Source of the DNA: Vicugna vicugna
Lineage: Eukaryota
NCBI GenBank assembly: GCA_013265495.1
Contig: MU058289.1
Span: 1,178,001-1,242,000, forward strand
Length of the DNA stretch: 64,000 bases
Direction of reading: 5' to 3'
This document shows, piece after piece, positions 53,678 through 64,000 of the stretch. Within the stretch, counting starts at the first letter, position 1. Each line of letters starts with the position of its first letter. The notes below the pieces were generated by a model. It searched no databases. It was given only the letters and a program-made list of their open reading frames with translations, and was not told the DNA's origin. A program made the position numbers and the translations under genes.

Positions 53678-56600
53678 GTGGGTGGCCAAGTGCTAGGCAG
53701 TGGGGTTCATGGCCGCCTGAGCTGTGAGAGGACCACGGGCCCTGGAATTCCATGGGAAGCTGCTTGTTGTCACCTCGTTGGGTGCTTAGGTCAGTGTAAA
53801 GTTCTTTGTCTTGAAGTCCCTCCGTCCTCCCACCTCAGTACCTCCTTGACTGTCAACTGGGGGAAGGACCTGTTTTATTATGTAAGAGTGAGGCTCTGGG
53901 ACCCAACTGCTTGGTATTAAAACCTCACTTTGCCCAGTGACAATAGGGAAGTGCATCATTTTGGGGGGCCCCATTTAGCTAAGTTAGGCTGTTAACATTC
54001 ACTGCCGTTAACAGATAATCTCCAAAATCGCACATGGAAAGTATTTTTCTCACTCATGGCATAGTCTACGTGGGTCACATGGGAGTTCGTATCACACAGG
54101 TTTTCAGAGACCCAGGTGTCTTCTGTCTGGCTTTCTGGTTACCTTGGCATCATTCCACTGGCAGAGGGGAAACAGGAGAGGAAGGAGAGAAATCACACCC
54201 AATTGCGCACACAGACTTCCCCTCACATTCTTTTGACAAGGACTCAGCAGTTGGCTGTCCCTCTTTGACCCAGCTGGGAACTGAGGTTTAGCTGTACGTC
54301 CAAGGAGAAGAGCAGATGGGTTTCGTCCACATCAACCCAGTCTGCTCCACTCAGCCTGCTCTTGAAAATGGAAGTAATAATAAATTATAACTCATTAAAC
54401 TGTTTGAAGATGTGATCATTAAATGCATGAAAGTACTTAGCACCACATCTGAGTTATAGTTAGGAGCTCAAAAATAAAGTCAGCTATTAGGATCTTTCTA
54501 ATGTCAGTCACAATGCATAGTCTCACACATCCTCCTGGACTCAAGAAAAAAAGAACTCCTGATACTACATTTGCCTGTATATACTTTGCATCTCACCCTT
54601 TTCCATCCCTTCATCCATCCTCCTGTTTCTCAGACAAAAGCAGTCCCTACTTGCATAGTTTTCCTGGCCCTCCTTTACTGTAAAACCTCAAAGGCGTCAT
54701 TTGGCTCTGTCTGGCCCACGTCTGGGCCACTGAGAACTGTTGGAGTCACCAGGTGTGCTGTTGGTGCCACTGCAGCATCACAGTCTTGCCCCTCTCCTGC
54801 TTTCCTGCGCTGCTCAGTCAGCCAATAAGGATCTCTAGCCCCTTCCTCAGCCCAATGGAGTCTCTTCCAAATATTTACCTTTCCATGACATTCCACATGT
54901 TCCGTCAGGTTCTTCATGCCTAAGGGGGAAATTATGATCTTGCCCACTCCTCCATCCACAGTTTCAGTGGATAGCCCTGTTACTCAAGACACTCGAGAAA
55001 GTGGGAAATGACCTTGTGCTTGGCCTCCATCTAACCCAATATCCACCCATCGTCATCTGGCTTATTTTATGTTTTTCACATCTGGTGAATCCATGACCAC
55101 CACCACCTCCGTGAGCTCCACCATGAACATCCTGGTCTAAACTCTCATCATCATTTGCCAGTGTGATGCCCGGACACTGCTAACTGGTCAGTGTACATCT
55201 GCTCTGTGTTCCTGGTGAGATCTGTCTCCTGTACCAGCTCCCCGATCCATACAACCATTGATCCAAACACTCACCACTCCCTGAGGCACTGATATCTCAG
55301 CATACAACCTATCTCTTGTCCTTTCTTGCTCCTCAACCTTACGGACCATCTCTACCTGTCTCATACCTGTAGCTTCCCTTCCCAACTTTATGAAGAGGTC
55401 TTGCCCCCTGCCATGGCCACTACCTGCACCAGAGACTAAATCACACCTTCCCCTGCAATCTCAGAGGCTTCTCATGCTTCCTCCTAGAAAGGAAATGGGT
55501 ATTTAGATTAGCTTTGACTGTTCTTGAATTGACATAAATGGAACCCCACAGTTTATTGTCATGTGTGTCTTTTTTTTTTAATTGCGTTATAGTCAGTTTA
55601 CAATGTTGTGTCAGTTTCTTGCGTACCTGTCTGTCTTCTTTTGATCTTTATCCCGAGAGTGTCCTCCTGGTGCTTGCATATAATTCAACTCCGTTCTTTG
55701 TCAGTACTCGGCAGTATCTCATTCTAAGTATGTTCATTCTCCTGTGACTGCCATTTTTAGTTTTTTTCCTATATCTGATATCATGAATGTTCTTGCTCAT
55801 CTTACTTGTGGATATGCACGTAAGTACTCACTTCTGTTGGGAATATGCACTAGAGTGGAATGACTGGGTCTTAGGGTAGGTATAGTTTAGCTTGAACAGA
55901 AACTGCCAGACGGTATTGCAGGGCTGCACCCATTCACGCTCCCACCAGCCATGTGTGAGGGTGCCCGTTGCTGCACATTCTCATCAGCACTTGGCGTCTC
56001 CCTGTTTCCTTTTTGAGGCCCAGTAGTGAGATGGCTCAGGACCACAGCACTGAAACCCTTCTTGACGAGGTTGCGGGTCTTATCCTAACTGCCGAATGTG
56101 ACAACAGTAATAACGATGATGGATGATGGCCCAGGATTTACTGACCATTCACACTGTGCCAGGCACTGTGCTGAGTACTTTACAGGTATTGTCTTGTTAA
56201 CCCTCGTGGCAGCCAGTGAATTAGAAACTGGGAGTCTCCCAGTGTGTCAGATCAGGAAATTGAGATTTAGGCAGTGAATAACTGTCGAGATGACTGCTTG
56301 GTAGAGGCAGGATTTGAACCAAAGTGACAGTCTTCACCCCCACACTATACTGGTTTCTGATGCACCAAAAATCTGTTCTACTTTATTGCACTTGAGCTTT
56401 GGTATTTAGTCCCATTGGCCCCTTTTCCACTTCTGACTGGATTGTTCTCTGCCTCTTACTCTGATCGCCCCCTCATTATTGGCTTTCCCGCATGTCGCGG
56501 CCCTCTCTTGTTTTTAGGGTAGTTAGTCTCCCAGAATGATCCACCTCTGCTTAGTTCTGCAGCTGCAACTCCTGCATGTTGTGTCCCATATCCAAGCCAC

Positions 56601-57406
56601 AATGGAGACAGGATTGTTAACAAGTATTCGTTGTTTTTGCATTGCAAGCACCACATTAAGCACTGTGTGTGCACTGCTTCAGGCCATCCTCACAGTGATC
56701 TTTGAGAGAATCTATTTGTGCTCTGATTTTTAGGTGAGGGAGCAGAAGCTTGTGGAAACTGAATGGCTTGTTGAAGAGCATAAAACTAGCAAGTGGTGTG
56801 GCTGGGATTTGAGCCTGGGCTGATTCTCCCCTGGTACCATGATATCAAACACTATACTCTGTTGGCTCCTAACATTTATAATTGACTGCAGGTGTGTAGG
56901 TTTATACTAATCATAAACCTTGGTTTATGACATACTCTCATCATTTGTCAATGTACTGTCATGTTTAATTTGTTTTTGAACTCTTTCCAGTCATTTATTT
57001 CCTCTTAAAAGTGCTATAGTGAACACCATCAGCCAATGCAAGAACAGAATTACCAACTAATATGCTACCTCAGTCCATAAATTTCTTCCTTTTCCCATCT
57101 TCTCCCTTCCCCACAGAGATAGTCACCTTATTGAACTTGCTTTCATAATTCCATTACTTTATATGTGGGAGTGTTTTGTGTTATAAATTGAATTTCTCTA
57201 GTAGATGTCGTGCATTTCAGATTTTCTGTTTCTTGTGTTGGATTTTTTTTAATGTCTTTCAAGCAATTTGTTTCACCTAGTTGTCAATTCATGGCTTGGT
57301 TTAATGATTACCTGTTTGTAAGCATATTTAAACAGTATATTGCGTAGTTTGCTGTTTTTAACTATCATCAGTTTTCTAACTTACCATAGACGGTATCACA
57401 GTTGAT

Positions 57407-57755
57407 TGCTATGGTTTGAACATGTTCCTCAAAAGTCGTATGTTGAAATCCTCACCTCCAGAGATGGTAGCATTAGAAGGTGGGGCCTTTACTCGGTGCA
57501 AAAGTATGAGGGTGGAGCCCTCATGAATGGGATCAGTATCTTATCAAATAGGGTCCAGGGAGCTCCCTCATGCCTTCCACCATGTGCGGACACAAAGAAG
57601 GCACTGGCTGTGAGCCAAAAAGAAGGCCATCAATGGAGTGTGACCCTGCTGGCACCTTGATTCCAGTCCCCAGAACTGTGAGAAACAAATTTCTTTTGTT
57701 AGTAAGCTCCCCAGGCTGTGGTATGTTGTTACCGCAGCCCAAATGGACCAAGACG
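57407..57755 (+). mobile_element. MLT1A-type MaLR solo LTR
   Basis: tgctatggtttgaacatg...gagggtggagccctcatgaatgggat...ccagaactgtgagaaacaaatttct...; degenerate TSD ttgat/ttaat. Confidence 0.85.
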
Positions 57756-57988
57756 TTAATGTAGTCTTTGGATACGTGCTTTTTAAAAATTCAGCGTTAA
57801 ATTACTAAGAATTACCATGTGTGAGCTGTAGTTTTTCTCCTTCTCAAAATATTCATTACATCAGTATATCACAATCTACTTATCCATTTTGTTTCCCTTT
57901 TTTTTTTTATGTGGTCCCCCCCCATGGTGCTGTGAAGATTCTGATGTATGTGTCATCGTGCACACGTGCAGGAGTTTTAGTTGTAATT

Positions 57989-58085
57989 TCTACCCCTTCC
58001 TTTAACAGAGGTACTGGGGATTGAACCCAGGACCTTGTGTTCACCAAGCATGTGCTCTTCCACTGAGCTACACTCCCTACCCCAC
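57989..58085 (-). mobile_element. Short tRNA-derived SINE (Vic-1-like)
   Basis: Minus strand tagctcagtggaagagc (A box)...ggttcaatccccagtacc (B box); 11-bp TSD tagttgtaatt at 57978-57988 and 58086-58096. Confidence 0.75.
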
Positions 58086-59823
58086 TAGTTGTAATTCTTT
58101 TTATGAGTGGAATGACTGGATGATTGGAAACAACTTTGTTGCCTAGTGTTTTCTAACATGGCTTTATCAGTTTGTTAAGTTCACCAGCAATGAATGGAAG
58201 ATTGTACAGACCGCATCCTGTCCCACAGCTGACGCTGTTGGGCTCTGTTTTTGCCAGCTGAATGGGTACAAACTGGTCTTTGTTTGCATTTACCTCATTA
58301 CTACCAAGGTTGAAATCCTCATTAAATGTTTTTTGGCCAGTGTGTTATCTTCTGTGAAAGCTTATGATCTTTTGCCTGTTTTTCAATTAAGGTTTTGCAC
58401 TGGAAGTGTTTTAGATTTTTAAGAATTTTTTTCTACATTCCTTATGTTAATGTTCTGTTAACTATATATGTTGCGAGTGTATTCTAGTTTTTACTGTGTC
58501 TTTTGTCTTTTGTTTACCTGTCTTTCATTGAACTTCTCATGAATACTTTTTGACAATTTACACAGTAATTTCATTCAGCTATTCAGATTTGGTGTTATCA
58601 TCATCTAATACAGTGCTTGCATCATATTTCCTCCTGTTTATATTGCTTTAGAGGAATCATGATTGATATAAGAGAGTTTTACCCCAATCACAAGTTCCCT
58701 TTATAATGGCAGTAAGAGAATTGTTTTCTTTATTAGAATATTTTTATGTGTAATTGTGATACCCTACGTAACAACTTACTGTATAGCTTACAAACGAACC
58801 TTCAAAAGTTCATTTTTAAGTGAACTTTTTATTTTAGAATCATTCAAGGGTTACAGAAAAGCTCTATAAATGCTACAGTTTCCATATACTCTCCCTTCAC
58901 CTGTTGCTCCTTGTGTTAATATCTTACATAGTCATGTTACGTATGTCAAGTTTCATTTATTACACACTTTATTTGGATGTCACCAGTTTTCCACCATCTG
59001 TCTCCAGTCTGGGATGATTTATTGTGTTTGGTTGTTATGTCCCCTTAGTCTCTTTTGGCCTGTGACTGTTTCTCAGTCTCGCCTTATTTTTCACGACATT
59101 GGCAATTCTGAAGACTGTTAGTCAGGCATCTTGTAGAAGGCTATATTCAATGAGAGTTTCTCTGAGGCTTTACGCGTGTTTAGACTGGGGTTCTGAGTTT
59201 TGAGAAGACTACCACAGAGGTGAAGTGGCCTCCTCATCACCTCGTGTGAGGGATACATAATATCCACATGACATCACTGGCAGTGGTGACCTTAATCACT
59301 TGATTTAGGTAGTGCCTGCCAGGTTTCTTCACTGTAAAGTTATTATTTTTCCTTTTCTGTACTCTTTCTTGAAAGTGAATGCCTAAGTCCAGCCCATACT
59401 ATGGGCGGTGGGGGGAGGTACTGCCCACTACATGCAGTATGTACACTGTATCTACTGTATAGCTGCAACTGTGTTATATTATTTGGGATCCTCTATTAAG
59501 AATTGTCCTTTCTCCCACATTTATTTATCCAGTTGATTATGTATCAGTGTGGGCCCATGTATATTTGTTTTATACTTGGGTTATAATTCACTGTTATGCT
59601 TATGTCTTTTGCTGTGTAAATTACTTCAGGCTTGGACATCGGGAGTTCTTTCAGGTTGGCTCCTGTATCCCTTTGACATATTCCTGTTCTTTAGTTTTTG
59701 AGGATTTTCTTACTTTCTGGAAGTGTGAGAGGCTTCTGGTTTCTCTTTTTCCCTGTCCCTGCCACAGAATGAGCTCTCTCTCCAAGGATCTCTGCTCCCC
59801 TTGATAAGTATCAAATAATAGTA

Positions 59824-60128
59824 CAGTTAGTCCACTGTATCCACGGGTTCTCCATCCATGGATTTCAACCAACCAGGGGTTGAAAATATTCAGGAAAAAA
59901 CATTCCAGAAAGTTCCAAAAAGCAAAACTTGGATTTGCAACATGCCAGCACCTGTTTACACAGCACTTACATTGTATTAGGTATTACAGGTAATCTAGAG
60001 ATGATTGAAAGTACACAGAAGGATGTGCATGGGTTATATGCAGGTACTGTGCCAGTTTATATAAGAGGGTAGAGCATCTGCAGATTTTGGTCTGGAACCA
60101 ACCCCCTGCACATACTGAAGGATGACTG
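59824..60128 (-). mobile_element. MER2-family DNA transposon
   Basis: TA|cagttagtccactgtatcc...aaagcaaaacttggatttgc...gaaggatgactg; reverse complement of the element at 18250. Confidence 0.8.
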
Positions 60129-60609
60129 TGTTTGGAAACCAAGGTCTAGGCACTGGGTGGTTTTGTTGCTGCATCATTGTTTCTAGAACCTCTCAGAACA
60201 GAGCTAAGAAATATAGGTATGTATAACTTACTTCTCAACTTTAAGCTGGTACAGCATGGTTCCCTCTAGCCTTCCCTCCTTGCTTATTTGTAAGTTCTTT
60301 CTCTGACCATGACAAAACTGGTTCCATTATCTACCATTTATTGACTTATTTTTCAACTCAATTATACAAGTAGTTTCCCTGGAAAACAAATTTACCAAGT
60401 AGAGTACGTTTATATTATGTATAATTATTTTTTGTCATTATCCTGGCATTGTGCAGGTAGAGCACCATTTGCAGCACTACTGAGGTCAGCTCGCGTTCCC
60501 TCCCCTCTCAGTTAGGTTATGCTGTGTGTTTTTAATTCACTTAGGTTCATTAGACACAGTCTGCATTACATCCTGAGATCGATCCCCTGACATCCTGTTT
60601 TGGTGTTTT

Positions 60610-63600
60610 GTTTTTTTTATTTTTAATGTGCACACTTAAATGTTCACATACTGTTTGTACAGTTCTATGAGTTTTGACAAACGCATAGAGGCATGTTCTC
60701 ACCACCCCAGTATAACGGTTCCATTACCAGTTCTCCTTTGTGTCCCCTTCATAGTCAGCCACTCTCCTCTTCCCCATTCACTGACAACCCCTGATCTGCT
60801 TCTGTCTCCATAGCTTTGCTCTTTCCAGGATGTCGTATGAATGGAATCTGTAACCTTTTGAGTCTGGCTTTTTTCACTCGCAAAATGCATTTAATGTTTA
60901 TCCATGTCACTGGGTGAATCTACAGCTCATTCTTTTTCATTACTGAGTATTACCACAGTGGACGGATCCACCAGGTTGTGTAGCCATTCAGTCTTGGCTG
61001 CTTCTGGTGCTTGGCTATTAAGAATAAACCTGCCGTAGCAGTTCGCATACAGGTTTTTGTGTGAATGTGAGATTTCAGTTCATTTGGGAAGACATTTAGG
61101 AATGAGATTGATGAGCTGTATGACATTTCTGTTAACTTTTTAGAGAGCTGTCAAATACAGGCTAGAGTGGCTGGACCATTTTGCATTCCTACGAGCAGTG
61201 AGTGAGAGTTCCTCATGGTTCTGGTTCTTCACCAGCTTTGGTACTGTCGGTTTTTTTCTTTTGAATTTTCGTCTTTTCTAATATGTGTAGAAGTAATTCA
61301 CTGTAGTTCTGACTTTTGTGCCTCCAGTGACAAGAGATGTTGAGCATCTTTTCATATGTTCATTTTCCATCTGTATGTCTTCTTTTGTGGAATGTTTTCA
61401 GATCTTTTGCTCATTTTGTTACTATTTTCTTGTATTTAAGGGTACTTTATTCTAGATAAGAATCCTTTATTACATGTGATTTGTGAATATTTTACCTCCA
61501 TCTGTAGCTTGTCTCTTCATCTCTTAACAGTGTCTTTCATAGAGCAAATATTTTTAATTTTTATTAAGTTCAATTTCTTGTTATTTTTTGTCTTTTAACA
61601 GTTGTGCTTTTGTTATCTAAATATTCACTGCTGAACACTGGGTCTCACAGATTTTCTCTCATGTGTTTTTCTAGAAATTTTACATTTTTATGTTTTATGT
61701 TTAGGTCTATGACTTGTTTTAGTTATTTTTCCTATGAAGTGTGAGGTATGTGTCCAGGTGTGCCCTTTTTTGATCCCTTATGACCACCCAGAGCTATTTG
61801 TTGGATTGACTGTGCATCTTTCAAAAAGGAGTTTACTGCATTTGTAACTCTTTCTGGGCTCTCTATTCTACTCCACTGTTCTGTGAGTCTCTATACTTTT
61901 ATCAGCACAGTTTTGACTACTTTAACTTCATAGTATGTTTTATTATCTTTTTAAATTAAAGCATAGTTGATTTACAATATTAGTTTTATGTGTACAACAT
62001 AGTGATTCAGTATTTTATAGATTGTATTCCAAAAAATGGCTCTGTTCTCTTGTGCTGTACGTCCCATCCTTGTTGCTGATCTGTTTTATACATAGCAGTT
62101 TAGGTCTCTTGCCCCTCCTCCTTTCCACCTCTCCACTGGTAACCACTAGTTTTGTTCTCTGTGAGTCTGTTTCTGTTTTGTTTTATATATATATTTGTTT
62201 GTTTTATTTTTTAGATTCCACGTAAGTGATCACGTGCAGTATTTGTCCTTGTCTAACTTAGACTTTCACTTAGCATAATTAGGTTTTAAATTGGGTAAGG
62301 TATTTTCTCTTTGTTCTTTTTCTGAATTATTTTATCAATTCTACTCCCTTTTGCCTTTTCATATAAATTTTGTAACTGCCTTTTGAATATATTTAAAAAG
62401 AACTTGATTTAAAAACTTGATGAAATTTTGATTAGATTGTATAGAATCAAAAGATTAGAGAGAGTTGACAGTTTAACAGTATTGAGTCTTCCAAACCATG
62501 ATCATGAAATACCTTTCCATTTATTTAAATCTGCTCTGATTTTTTTAATCAATGTTTTATAATTCTCAGCATACAGATTCTGCACATATTATTGGATATT
62601 CATTCTACTCTGTAGGGGTTTTTTTTCCCACTCTACCTTTTTTGTTGCTATATAGTTGATGTACAATATTATATATGTTTCAGGTGTACAGTATAGTGAT
62701 TCACCATTTTTAAAGATTATACTTCACTTATAGTTCTTATAAAATATTGACCATATTTCCTGTGCTGTACAATATATTTTTATAGCTTATTTATTTTATA
62801 CATAATAACTTGTACCTATTAACCCCCTTATCCCCTCCTTGCCTTTCCCTACTTCTCTCTCCCCACTGGTAGCCACTAGTTTGTTCTCTATATCTGTGAG
62901 TCTCTTTTCTTTTTTGTTACATTCAATAGTTTGTTTTATTTTTAAGATTCCACATGTAAGTGATATCATACAGTAATTGTCTTTCTTTTACTTATTTCAC
63001 TTAACATAATACCCTCCAAATCAATCTATGTTGTTTTAAGTGGCAAAATTTCATTCTTTTAAATGGTTGAGTAGTATTCCATTGTATATATATTTTCCAC
63101 ACCTTTATCCATTCAACTCTTGGCTATTATAAATAATGCTGCTGTGAACATTGGGTGCATGTATCTTTTCAGATTAGTGTTTTTATTTTCTTTGGCTATA
63201 TACCCAAGAGTGGAATTGCTGGACCATATGGTTCTATTTTTAGTTTTTGAGGAACCTTCACACTATTTTCCACCGTGGCTGCACCAGTTTACATTCCCAC
63301 CAACGATGTACAAAGGTTCCCTTTTCTCCACATCCTTGCCAACAAATTTTGTAGATTTTTGAGTTTTGTTTTTTTTTTTAATCATGAATGGAGGCTGAAT
63401 TTTATAGGGTCAGTTACATTGACTTATTTTTAAATGTTGAACCAGCCTTTCATTCCTGCATTGACTCTCTCTTCTTTATGATATGTTATCTTTCTTATGT
63501 TGGATTCAGTTAGAAATATATTGTTCAGTATATTTGTGTCTATAATCTTAAGAGATACTAGTCTGTAGTTTTTGTAATATGTTTTTGTCGTTAGTATTAA

Positions 63601-64000
63601 GGTAATGATGACCTCATAAAATGAGACGGACAGTGTTCCATCTTTTTCTGTTTTCTAGAGGAAACTGTACAAAATTGATATTTGGTATTTGGTATTATTT
63701 CATCCTTAGGTGTATCATAGGATTTAGTGGTTAATTGTCTGGCCCCATATTTATATTCTCTGAAAAACCCTGTTGTGAATTTATCTTAGAGCTTATTGAA
63801 TTTATAGATCCATTGACAAAGGATGTACTCCTTTATATTGTTAATCTTTCCATTTACATACATATGCTGTGTGTATTTATTTTATACATAACTTTATAAT
63901 TTATTATAAATATTTACAATTTTCATTATCCAGATTGCATGTACCTGTTTTGTGTCTTTTTACCTGGCTGTTCCCTGGCACAGCAGACTCACTACATCCA
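60610..64000 (-). mobile_element. Nested antisense L1 fragments, with younger L1 3' ends at about 61945-62280 and 62635-63350
   Basis: L1 3' UTR text (tagttgatttacaatatt, ttagattccacatgtaagtgat, ggctattataaataatgctgc) interrupting older L1 ORF2 sequence. Confidence 0.75.

Noticed and set aside
57989..58085. Functional tRNA gene
   Set aside because: Degenerate stems, flanking TSD and no oligo-T terminator indicate a SINE.

Overview
Mammalian genomic DNA, probably camelid (one Vic-1-like tRNA-derived SINE; no Alu, BovB/Bov-A, PRE-1, Can-SINE or ERE recognised), from the KRAB zinc-finger cluster syntenic with human 19q13.11. The window holds three genes: (1) the 3' part of ZNF599 (+; KRAB-A, KRAB-B and a 14-finger exon), (2) a complete ZNF181 (-; 570/571 aa, 11 fingers, CpG-island promoter), tail-to-tail with ZNF599, and (3) the 5' part of a third, ZNF599-related KRAB gene (+; exon 1, KRAB-A, remodelled KRAB-B; no finger exon inside the window). 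The third gene carries a full-length, sense-oriented TTC1 retrocopy in its intron, broken by a single 1-nt homopolymer insertion. Other notable structure: a fossil 127-nt KRAB-A exon between ZNF599 and ZNF181, fossil zinc fingers in both 3' UTRs, a near full-length Tigger6/MER82-type DNA transposon, a polyadenylated host fragment apparently retroposed into an L1, a ~7-kb decayed L1, and two solo ERV LTRs with intact TSDs just upstream of the third gene's promoter. Gene and repeat-family names come from recalled sequences, not database searches; repeat boundaries without a stated TSD are approximate.
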